From Crocosphaera subtropica ATCC 51142 (GTDB taxonomy: Bacteria; Cyanobacteriota; Cyanobacteriia; Cyanobacteriales; Microcystaceae), in assembly GCF_000017845.1 (NCBI RefSeq), contig NC_010546.1, forward strand, positions 1,920,001-1,952,000: DNA of 32,000 nucleotides. Direction: 5' to 3'. The position numbers were made by a program, and so were the translations under genes. Below the pieces are notes generated by a model. The model was not told the origin of the DNA and did not search any database. It saw nothing but the letters and a program-made list of their open reading frames with translations. This document shows, piece by piece, positions 7,844-15,627 of this stretch; the stretch's first letter is position 1; each line of letters opens with the position of its first letter.

Positions 7844-9055
7844 TTAATTACAAAATTTTTCCACACAACGGACAAACATTTCCACCCCCAACGGTAACAC
7901 AGTTTCATCAAAATCAAAGCGAGGATGATGATGAGGATAATTTAAGCCTTTTTCTGCATTAGCTGACCCTAAAAAGAAGTAACACCCTGGCACTTCTTCT
8001 AAAAAGAAAGACATATCTTCCCCTCCCATAGTTTGACAAGTCGGGGCAATTCCAGCAGGAGTTTCTACCACTTCTAATGCCACTGATTTCACCAACTCTG
8101 CCATAGTTTCGTTATTAATAACGGGAGGATATAACCGCCAATAATCTAACTCATAGTCTGCTCCATATCCTTGACAAATTCCTTTAACAATCTCCTCAAT
8201 TCGTTGACCAAAATACCCCTCAAACTCAGGATTAAAATAACGCACCGTTCCACTCATTCTGGCCGTATCTGCAATCACATTTAACGCAGTTCCGGCGTGT
8301 AATTCTCCGATGGTTACCACCGCAGAATCAATAGGATTCACATTTCGAGAAACAATCGATTGTAAAGCATTAACAATCTGTGCGCTAACTACCACAGAAT
8401 CAATGGTTTGATGAGGCATGGCCCCATGACCCCCTTTTCCAAAGATATTGAGGCGAAAACACTCGACAGCAGCCATCAAGGGACCACTACGGACTCCAAC
8501 AGTGCCTAATGGGAGATTGTTCCATAAATGTAAGCCAATAATCCCATCTACGTCAGGATTTTTTAACACTCCTGCTTCTATCATGGGTTTAGCCCCTCCC
8601 GGACTTTCTTCAGCCGGTTGAAAAATGATTTTGACCGTTCCTTTAAAGTCTTGACGATGTTGCCATAAATAAGAAGCAGTTCCTAAAGCAATGGTGGTAT
8701 GGCCATCGTGTCCACAAGCGTGCATGGTTCCTTCGTGGAGGGAACGATAGGGGACTTCGTTTTCTTCATGGATAGGTAAAGCATCCATATCTGCACGAAT
8801 GGCTAATATCGGTCCGGGATAGGAACTGTCAATGGTTGCAACAATTCCCGTTTTGGCAATTCCTGTTTCATGGGGAATGCCCATTTCTGTTAACTTTTGA
8901 GCGATAAAGGTGGCAGTAATTTCCTCTTGAAACCCTAACTCTGGACGTTGATGTAGATAACGTCGCCATTCCACTAATTGAGCTTGAAAATTACGAATTT
9001 TTAGGCGAATTTGCGAATAATTAAGGGAATTTGCTTGAGGAAAGGTAGAAATCAT
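7844..9055 (-). CDS. M20D-family amidohydrolase (N-acyl-L-amino acid amidohydrolase / hippurate hydrolase-like)
   Basis: Track ORF of 403 aa. Motifs IRADMDALP, HACGHDGH, FQPAEE and GGEDMSFF are typical of M20 peptidase/amidohydrolases. Only 5 nt separate it from the downstream PCS-like gene. Confidence 0.85.
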   Translation of the reverse strand: MISTFPQANSLNYSQIRLKIRNFQAQLVEWRRYLHQRPELGFQEEITATFIAQKLTEMGIPHETGIAKTGIVATIDSSYPGPILAIRADMDALPIHEENEVPYRSLHEGTMHACGHDGHTTIALGTASYLWQHRQDFKGTVKIIFQPAEESPGGAKPMIEAGVLKNPDVDGIIGLHLWNNLPLGTVGVRSGPLMAAVECFRLNIFGKGGHGAMPHQTIDSVVVSAQIVNALQSIVSRNVNPIDSAVVTIGELHAGTALNVIADTARMSGTVRYFNPEFEGYFGQRIEEIVKGICQGYGADYELDYWRLYPPVINNETMAELVKSVALEVVETPAGIAPTCQTMGGEDMSFFLEEVPGCYFFLGSANAEKGLNYPHHHPRFDFDETVLPLGVEMFVRCVEKFCN

Positions 9056-9645
9056 TGCAGATGTTATGGGAATTAACGAAACGTTGCTTATCCTTCCTAT
9101 TGTATAGTGTATTGTTCCCCCACCTATTATCTCGTAAAAAAAGACTCAACTCCGAACTCCTAACACCAAACTCAGGTAATTGAAAATTGCTGTCATAGCT
9201 AATGGATAGAATTGTGATAAAACTATAAACAAAATAACAAAACTCAATAAAATCCAGATCAACAACTTCTGGGTTGTATGATGGTCTACACATTTTTGCG
9301 TTAGTTAAGATAACCAGGACTTGATTGATTCCGATTATTCAGAAAAGTCATTTATGGTTGCATTATTAGGATAAATTATCTAAACAACTCGATAAGATTA
9401 ACAGGAAAGAAAAGACATAATTATAGTAGAATGTTCATGATAAACATAAGGTGAAACGTTTATTAAATACCATAAAAACAGTGAGAAGTGTTACATCATA
9501 AACTGGCACAATACCAGTGAAGTCATAGTAGCTGCATCGATTTTTGACTATCCAAAAAATTGATAGATCATATCAGGATAGAATCTTTGTTGTGTGAGAG
9601 ATAAATAGATCAAGTATTGTGCTAAAAATACTGGACATGACACCT

Positions 9646-9672
9646 TTATTAGATTGATTTTAAATCTAATAA
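9646..9672. promoter_or_regulatory. Perfect 10-bp inverted repeat ~50 bp upstream of the ferredoxin-HTH gene (candidate operator)
   Basis: TTATTAGATT (9646-9655), 7-nt spacer, AATCTAATAA (9663-9672). It lies at the 3' end of a 668-bp AT-rich divergent intergenic region. Confidence 0.35.
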
Positions 9673-9723
9673 GTGGATTTTGTGGTCATATTTTGCTTCG
9701 TTTGTTACTCTTCATAAACTACC

Positions 9724-11322
9724 ATGTCTTATACAATTTCTGAGAGTTGCCCTAGTTGTAATAGTTGCCAAATTGACTGTCCAACCGATGCCATTCAAAC
9801 AGAAAATGGTGAATATTGGATCGATCAAGAAAGATGTAATAATTGTGAAGGTTATTATCAAGAACCTCAGTGTATTGTTCAATGTCCTATTAGTAGTCCC
9901 ACTCCAACACAAGCGAAAAAAGGACGCTATAAAAATGTAGCGAGAATTGGCACATCCCCCGAACTATTTATTAATGGAAAAAACACCCCTTTTGCTTCAT
10001 CTATGATCATCTGGGAAGCTTGTACCGTGTTAACTAGGGCTTCAGCACTCCTTTGGGAAAAAGATGCCGAAGGAAACCTTTATTATGAACGGTCAGTCAA
10101 ACAAGGACAAGGAACCATTATCTTCCGATTAAATGATATTCTAGACGCACAATTTTCTGAATCAGTCGATTATTTATCCGATCCTGCTAAACTAGAAACT
10201 ATTGATATTAGAGCAGCTTGCTTACATCTTTTATTTGCTGCCTATGCAACGATATTAGAAAAGCCTTGGGAAGAAAAATTTGTTATTAGTGATCAACAAA
10301 TTGAACACTATTTAGGACTCGATAAACGAAAAGATATTAGTAAAGCTTCAAAATTAAGCCTCATTAAATTATTAATACAACAAAGCTGTCAATTATTAGC
10401 AACCATCCACTGGCCCCAACAAGGAAAAGTAAAAGAATTTACCGTACCCGAAAATCCCATTTGGAACTTATTAGATATACAACATCACTTTCAAGAAGAT
10501 GATTTAGGCTGTCAACATTTAATCGGTTTAACCTTTACCTTACAACCAGGATTATGGGCAAAATACTTTCTCAATAAACAAGGTTATAGTAAAAGAGTTG
10601 CTTTCTATCAATATGGTTCCTTGCCTCAGTTTGTATTGAGTAGTGTCATGAGTATTTGGCAACAACATCCAGGGGCGGTGAGAATCATGATATGGTTATT
10701 ATTTAAAAGTAAGATGGGACGCAAACAATGTATTACCGTTCCCACCTTAATGCGAGTAGCCTATGGTCAGCAAAAGATTGCCCAAGCCGATATTCAACGA
10801 GAGCAACGAAAACGGCTTTTACGCACCTTTGAAAGTGATTTAGAAGTGTTAAATCATTACGGATTAAAACCCGTATTTGACCCCATTTCTTACCCAGAAA
10901 CCATACAACCTCTGTGGGTTAAATTAGAACAACTCCCTGAAGATGCAGAAGAAGCTTTAGACTTTTGGATTAATGATGGTTCCCAAGAAAATCGTTTAAC
11001 CGACTCAGGACCCAGAGGAAAATGGAATTGGTTGATGAAAGCAAGAATTCTTAACTTTGAACTTCCTCAAGAATGGGAAGAACAATTAATTAAATTTGAA
11101 CAGAAAAAACAACGGAAAAATAGTCGAAAAAGTCGCAGCAAAAAAACCCCAGAATTGTCCGCCAAGCAAATTTTAGACGCAAGAAAACGCAAAGGATTAA
11201 GTCAAAGGGCCCTCGCCAAACAAATTGGAAAAAGTCAAAGCTGGATTCGGGATCTCGAAAATGGTCGTTTTTGTGCTAAACCAGGAGATCGCGAAATACT
11301 CCAAAGTGTTCTAGAATTATGA
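9724..11322 (+). CDS. Fusion protein: N-terminal YfhL-type 2x[4Fe-4S] ferredoxin domain + ~400-aa uncharacterised region + C-terminal XRE-family HTH
   Basis: Track ORF of 532 aa. Cluster motifs CPSCNSCQIDCP and CNNCEGYYQEPQCIVQCP in residues 9-55. Basic linker KKQRKNSRKSRSKK. HTH segment LSAKQILDARKRKGLSQRALAKQIGKSQSWIRDLENG. I recognise nothing in the middle. Confidence 0.8.
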   Translation: MSYTISESCPSCNSCQIDCPTDAIQTENGEYWIDQERCNNCEGYYQEPQCIVQCPISSPTPTQAKKGRYKNVARIGTSPELFINGKNTPFASSMIIWEACTVLTRASALLWEKDAEGNLYYERSVKQGQGTIIFRLNDILDAQFSESVDYLSDPAKLETIDIRAACLHLLFAAYATILEKPWEEKFVISDQQIEHYLGLDKRKDISKASKLSLIKLLIQQSCQLLATIHWPQQGKVKEFTVPENPIWNLLDIQHHFQEDDLGCQHLIGLTFTLQPGLWAKYFLNKQGYSKRVAFYQYGSLPQFVLSSVMSIWQQHPGAVRIMIWLLFKSKMGRKQCITVPTLMRVAYGQQKIAQADIQREQRKRLLRTFESDLEVLNHYGLKPVFDPISYPETIQPLWVKLEQLPEDAEEALDFWINDGSQENRLTDSGPRGKWNWLMKARILNFELPQEWEEQLIKFEQKKQRKNSRKSRSKKTPELSAKQILDARKRKGLSQRALAKQIGKSQSWIRDLENGRFCAKPGDREILQSVLEL

Positions 11323-11384
11323 TCGGTTCTGATAGCTTGACTTATCAAAAATTATTATCTCAGGGGGCCAAAAAAGGTTTATCA

Positions 11385-11399
11385 TAGTACCCATGTTCT
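11385..11399. promoter_or_regulatory. Cyanobacterial-type LexA box upstream of lexA
   Basis: TAGTACCCATGTTCT. The core AGTACCCATGTTCT satisfies the published cyanobacterial consensus RGTACNNNDGTWCB at every position. It ends 18 nt before the lexA ATG and directly follows a TATCAT -10-like hexamer (11379-11384). Confidence 0.65.
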
Positions 11400-11417
11400 G
11401 AGAAATAGGGAAAACCG

Positions 11418-12020
11418 ATGGAACCGTTAACCCCCGCCCAAAAAGAATTATACGAGTGGTTGATTAAGTATATTAACGACAATCAACACGCTCCCTCCAT
11501 TCGCCAAATGATGAAAGCGATGAACCTGCGATCGCCAGCCCCCGTCCAAAGTCGCTTAGAAAGATTAAGAAATAAAGGCTATATCGACTGGACCGAAGGA
11601 AAAGCGAGAACCTTGAGGATTTTACACCATCAGCCTAAAGGAGTCCCCATTTTAGGGGCGATCGCAGCAGGGGGATTAGTGGAACCCTTTACCGATGAAC
11701 AGGAACGCCTAGACCTTTCTCATCTCATCCATGCTAACAATTACTGGGGGCTACGGGTGACCGGGGACAGTATGATCGAAGATTTAATCACCGACGGGGA
11801 CCTAGCCATTATGCGCTCCTTAGACCCCGATGAAACCTTAAAAAATGGTGAAATTGTAGCAGCCAGAGTTGAAGGAGTCGGCACCACCTTAAAACGATTT
11901 TATCAAGAAGGAGAAATAGTCATGTTAAAGCCTTCAAATTTAAACTATCAACCGATAGAAGTCAAAGCTAACCAAATAGAAGTCCAAGGAATCTTAGTGG
12001 GAGTTTGGCGAGGTTACTAA
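11418..12020 (+). CDS. lexA: LexA repressor (S24 peptidase) with canonical self-cleavage residues
   Basis: Track ORF of 200 aa. N-terminal winged HTH (PSIRQMMKAMNLRSPAPVQSRLERLRNKGYI). Ala-Gly site in GAIAAGG. Ser in GDSM. Lys in TLKRF. Confidence 0.9.
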   Translation: MEPLTPAQKELYEWLIKYINDNQHAPSIRQMMKAMNLRSPAPVQSRLERLRNKGYIDWTEGKARTLRILHHQPKGVPILGAIAAGGLVEPFTDEQERLDLSHLIHANNYWGLRVTGDSMIEDLITDGDLAIMRSLDPDETLKNGEIVAARVEGVGTTLKRFYQEGEIVMLKPSNLNYQPIEVKANQIEVQGILVGVWRGY

Positions 12021-12109
12021 CTTAAATGAGTGTTAAAAAAGGGAAACTTTTCTGACTTAATCGTTTTATTAAATCCCTAAAGGATAAACCTCATTCAAAC
12101 TATGCACTA

Positions 12110-12118
12110 TGGTATAAT
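12110..12118 (+). promoter_or_regulatory. Extended -10 element TGGTATAAT, candidate promoter for the citrate synthase gene
   Basis: Read directly at 12110-12118, 43-52 nt upstream of the two candidate starts (12161 TTG, 12170 ATG). No convincing -35 was found. Confidence 0.3.
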
Positions 12119-12160
12119 TAACCAGAGTGCCTAAGCCGATATTAGCCTCAACTATTCAGG

Positions 12161-13279
12161 TTGAAATATATGGAAAATATACCCAATCACCTCAGCAAAA
12201 TTGATGGGCAGTTAGGAAAATTAATCATATTAGGATTTCCCTTTGAAGAGCTTGCCACTAATGCTTCCTTTGAAGAGATGATTTTTTTATTTTTACATAA
12301 TCATCTCCCTAACAAAAACGAACTGGATAACGTTACTAAAAAGCTATTATCCCATCGATATCTTGATGAGAAAATATTAGATGTCCTCAAAAACGCAGCA
12401 GCCAACGACATCGAACTGATCGAAGGGGTGCGGATAGGGGTTAGCTGTCTTACCCTAGATATGCAATCCCATCGCATTGATAAAGAAGGGATTAACGGCG
12501 CGCTAAAAATTATTGCCTCAGTCCCTATTATTACCGCTTCTTATTGGCGGTTGCTGAAGGGTCAACCCATCGTGGAACCCCACCTTGAATTAGGCCATGC
12601 TGCCAACTATTTATATATGTTGACAGGAGAAAAACCTGCGCCAGAAGATGTCAAAACCCTAGAGATTTATCTGAATACGGTCATTGAGCATGGTATGAAT
12701 GCCTCTACCTTTGCAGCACGGGTAGTTATGTCCACTCGCTCCGATTTTGTCTCTGCGGTAACGGCGGCCATTGGTGCTATGAAAGGAGTCCTCCACGGAG
12801 GTGCGCCGGGTCCTGTGCTAGATATGTTGCTAGAGATGCAAAAATCGGGAGATATAGAAGGCTATTTACGTCATAAGTTTGAAAATAGAGAACGGTTGAT
12901 GGGGTTTGGTCATCGGGTTTATCGTGTCAAAGATCCCAGAGCCATTTTACTGGCAAACGTTTCGGCCGATGTCTGGAAACGGAGAGAAGATAAAGAATTT
13001 TGGGGTTTAGCTGTAGACGTAGAAACCACTGCCCTACGCTTACTCAAAGAATATAAACCCAATCGTAGCATCGAAACCAATGTCGAATATTATACCGCCT
13101 TAGTTTTGCATGGCTTAGGGTTGCCTTCTGCTTTATTCACCTCCACCTTTACGGTTAGTCGGGTGGTCGGTTGGTTAGCCCATTGTTTAGAACAGTTAGA
13201 ACTTGATCGCATCATTCGTCCTAGTTCTGTTTATACAGGCCCGAGTGAACAAACATGGTGTCCTATCGAAAAAAGATGA
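12161..13279 (+). CDS. gltA: Citrate synthase (short, type I-like)
   Basis: Track ORF of 372 aa. Signature GFGHRVYRVKDPRA plus HGGA and the catalytic His context. The track start is TTG at 12161; the ATG at 12170 (MENIPNH...) is equally plausible. Confidence 0.85.
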   Translation: MKYMENIPNHLSKIDGQLGKLIILGFPFEELATNASFEEMIFLFLHNHLPNKNELDNVTKKLLSHRYLDEKILDVLKNAAANDIELIEGVRIGVSCLTLDMQSHRIDKEGINGALKIIASVPIITASYWRLLKGQPIVEPHLELGHAANYLYMLTGEKPAPEDVKTLEIYLNTVIEHGMNASTFAARVVMSTRSDFVSAVTAAIGAMKGVLHGGAPGPVLDMLLEMQKSGDIEGYLRHKFENRERLMGFGHRVYRVKDPRAILLANVSADVWKRREDKEFWGLAVDVETTALRLLKEYKPNRSIETNVEYYTALVLHGLGLPSALFTSTFTVSRVVGWLAHCLEQLELDRIIRPSSVYTGPSEQTWCPIEKR

Positions 13280-13291
13280 GATGAAACTGTG

Positions 13292-13313
13292 GGGGAGAAA
13301 TGGTTTTCTCCCC
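13292..13313 (+). terminator. Hairpin after citrate synthase (candidate terminator)
   Basis: GGGGAGAAA (13292-13300), loop TGGT, TTTCTCCCC (13305-13313). It starts 13 nt after the stop and is followed by TATAAATTTT rather than a pure T-run. Confidence 0.5.
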
Positions 13314-13479
13314 TATAAATTTTAGGGATTTTTGGTAAGTTTAAGAGTGCCAATAATTTTAAAGATAACTGTATAAAAATAAAGAAAAATTTTAGGTTTA
13401 TAAATTTAAGTTTGGGTAGTAATTTTTTATAATAAATGTATGTAGTCAATGACCTAACCTCGCCACAGGAATTTATCGA

Positions 13480-14139
13480 ATGAGTAGTGACCACAATGCA
13501 GACTTACCCCTCTGGGTACAAGATCGTAATACTGTTCTCGATCATGATCAAGGGGTGAAATGGCGTAACGGAGAAAAGCCGGATTACTCCCATACTGACC
13601 AATATTTACATAAAGAAAGCAAATATAATCATGATCCTGGGTCTTTAGAGGCGATCGCTCAAAATTTAGTGAGAACCTTTGAAATGGAAGCTTCTCATAA
13701 AGCCGATCCTCAACAATGGTTATCCATCGTCGTCGATAAATTTCAAATGAGTAGCAACGGTGGTCCCATTTACAGCGCACAAGATGTCAGTGAACAAGGA
13801 ACCTATAACCTTTTTATTGATAAAACCCCCGGTTACGATCCCACCGCAGAAGACTTTGAATCGTCTTTTGAACTGTTTCATACAGCCTTTCCCAATGGGT
13901 TTTTATGGGAGTTGATCGAAGTCTTATCTGGTCCGCCTAACGTGACCTTTAAATGGCGACACTGGGGAACTTTTAATGGTCCTTATAAAGACCATCAACC
14001 CACAGGAGAAACCATTGAAATTACAGGGATCAGTGTGGTCAAAGTAACCGATGATCTCAAGATTTTAGCCGTTGAACATTATTTTGATAATAGTACCTTC
14101 CTTAAAAAGTTAACTTCTGGTTGTCCCGTTGCTCATTAA
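13480..14139 (+). CDS. SnoaL/NTF2-fold protein homologous to plant 'pathogen-related protein' (PRP)
   Basis: Track ORF of 219 aa. Blocks WRNGEKPDYS, LVRTFEMEASHK, TAFPNGFLWELIEVLSGPPNVTFKWRHWG and a C-terminal SGCPV match my memory of the barley/Arabidopsis PRP family. Confidence 0.6.
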   Translation: MSSDHNADLPLWVQDRNTVLDHDQGVKWRNGEKPDYSHTDQYLHKESKYNHDPGSLEAIAQNLVRTFEMEASHKADPQQWLSIVVDKFQMSSNGGPIYSAQDVSEQGTYNLFIDKTPGYDPTAEDFESSFELFHTAFPNGFLWELIEVLSGPPNVTFKWRHWGTFNGPYKDHQPTGETIEITGISVVKVTDDLKILAVEHYFDNSTFLKKLTSGCPVAH

Positions 14140-14269
14140 CTAAGATTTGGTAGCAGTGTCGATAGCAAGGGTTATACTAAATCCGATTGTCATAACCCTC
14201 TTTTGTAAGAGCAGGGGCGCAGGGAGCGCAGGAGCAGGGAGAGAGAAATCTATAAGTAGGTTTTTGTTT

Positions 14270-14297
14270 GCGGATTTGGTATTAATACCAAATCCGC
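14270..14297. repeat. Perfect 28-bp palindrome within a larger imperfect repeat structure between convergent genes
   Basis: GCGGATTTGGTATTAATACCAAATCCGC read directly. A third related arm, ACTAAATCCGATTGTCAT, lies at 14177-14194. A purine-rich tract at 14211-14247 is partly complementary to a CT-rich tract at 14317-14339. Confidence 0.85.
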
Positions 14298-14378
14298 TTA
14301 TCATCGTAGAGTAATCTTCTTTCTCCCCCTGCTTCCCTCAACTAATAATCTCTATATTGCTATATTAAATAAATAATC

Positions 14379-15392
14379 TTATCCACCAATTTGTGACATG
14401 GTACGCTCATAAATTCCTGTATCATTTCCTGAGTCCCTTTGTTTATAATTAATGTCTGGTTTAATTGTTAATAAATGAGCTACTTTGTCTCTAATGTTTG
14501 TTGCACTAATTCCACTTCTTAATAACGTCTTGAGATCAATTTGTCCTGTTTCGTTTAATAAACAAGGCCGTAACCAACCATCTGCAGATAGACGCATTCT
14601 ATTACAGCGATCGCAGAAACATTCTGACATTTGACTAATAAACCCGACTGTTCCTTTTGCTCCAGGAATTTTAAACACATCGGCTGGGCCATTCCCTTTA
14701 ATATTACTTTCAATTAATCCCCATTTTTGTCTTATTTTTTCTCTTATTTCTTCAGAAGCAACCCAAGCGCGCCCCGCAAAGCGGATCTCTTCGAGATCGC
14801 TAAATAATTCAGGGTTTCCAATAGGCATAAATTCAATAAAACGAATGTGCCAATTTTTATGAATACTCAGTTCGGCTAAAGCTTCAATTTCATTTTCATT
14901 CACCCCAGGAATAACCACAACATTTAATTTTAAAGGATCAAAACCCACTTCATAAGCGGTTTGAATTCCTAACCAGGTTTGTTGCCACATATTGGCTTTT
15001 TTATGACCAATAATCGTTTGAAAGGTGTCTGGATTTAAAGAATCTAAACTAATGTTAATACGTTTTAGTCCTGCTTGATATAAGTCTTCTGCTAGGGATG
15101 ATAGTAGAAAGCCATTGGTTGTCATAGATAGGTCTTCTGTTGCTGGTAATGAAGCAATATCTTGCACTAAATCAACGATACCAGGCCGTAATAAAGGTTC
15201 TCCTCCTGTTAAGCGAAATTTAGAAAAGCCTAAAGGGATAAAAACCTCTTTTAGTAGGGTGATAAGTTCTTCATGAGTGAGTAGTTCTTGACGTAAAATA
15301 TAGTCTAATTCTGCTCCTTCTGGCATACAATATTGACAGCGAAAGTTACAACGATCAATAAGACTAATCCGAAGATAATCAACTCTATTCAT
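14379..15392 (-). CDS. moaA: GTP 3',8-cyclase MoaA (radical SAM, molybdopterin biosynthesis)
   Basis: Track ORF of 337 aa. [10 protein letters not shown] radical-SAM cluster motif, GGEPLLRP, a C-terminal Cys cluster [15 protein letters not shown], and the terminal GG. Confidence 0.9.
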   Translation of the reverse strand: MNRVDYLRISLIDRCNFRCQYCMPEGAELDYILRQELLTHEELITLLKEVFIPLGFSKFRLTGGEPLLRPGIVDLVQDIASLPATEDLSMTTNGFLLSSLAEDLYQAGLKRINISLDSLNPDTFQTIIGHKKANMWQQTWLGIQTAYEVGFDPLKLNVVVIPGVNENEIEALAELSIHKNWHIRFIEFMPIGNPELFSDLEEIRFAGRAWVASEEIREKIRQKWGLIESNIKGNGPADVFKIPGAKGTVGFISQMSECFCDRCNRMRLSADGWLRPCLLNETGQIDLKTLLRSGISATNIRDKVAHLLTIKPDINYKQRDSGNDTGIYERTMSQIGG

Positions 15393-15464
15393 GTTTTAGG
15401 GATTAAGTAAGCAGCAAGTCTATTTCTAGTATATCAACTTAATAGTAAATTGTTATTTCTTAAT

Positions 15465-15586
15465 TGTCATTGCGAGGGGGATGAACCACTACGATAGCTT
15501 GATTTTTTGCTATTATTCCCCCGAAGCAATCTCTATACCACTACATATTATAGTTAGGAGGAGATTCCTCGTTCCTCGGAATGACA
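15465..15586. repeat. MITE-like ~122-bp element bounded by 13-bp terminal inverted repeats
   Basis: TGTCATTGCGAGG (15465-15477) versus the reverse complement of CCTCGGAATGACA (15574-15586), 12/13 match. Internal second IR ATTGCGAGGGGG / CCCCCGAAGCAAT. Lies in the moaA-amidase intergenic region. GTCATTGCGAGG-type termini are common on small cyanobacterial repeats. Confidence 0.55.
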
Positions 15587-15627
15587 GTTAAAAAGACTGT
15601 TCCTAAACAAAACATTATTAATAATAA

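Noticed and set aside
9021-9293. 90-aa minus-strand ORF upstream of the M20 gene
   Set aside because: It overlaps the M20 start codon region, is AT-rich with odd composition (FCYFVYSFITILSISY), and has no RBS or family resemblance.
9424-9438. TAGTAGAATGTTCAT, a possible second LexA box upstream of the ferredoxin-HTH gene
   Set aside because: GTAG replaces GTAC, and the spacing between the half sites is one base short of RGTACNNNDGTWCB. The GTAC-containing 13-mers at 2888-2991 also fail the consensus.
9680-9940. Track ORFs 9680-9940 (+) and 9712-9912 (-) overlapping the start of the 532-aa gene
   Set aside because: The frame starting at 9724 encodes two complete Fe-S cluster motifs and continues for 532 codons. 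The alternatives are short out-of-frame or antisense shadows.
13231-13780. Minus-strand track ORFs 13231-13494 and 13454-13780
   Set aside because: They overlap the citrate synthase 3' end, an AT-rich promoter region and the well-supported PRP-like gene on the + strand. No motifs are present.
15393-15627. Possible molybdenum-cofactor (Moco) riboswitch in the moaA leader
   Set aside because: moaA is a classical Moco-riboswitch target. However, the structure I can see here is explained by a MITE-like element with terminal inverted repeats, and I could not recognise the conserved Moco motif core by eye. An Infernal scan with the Rfam Moco_RNA_motif model would settle it.
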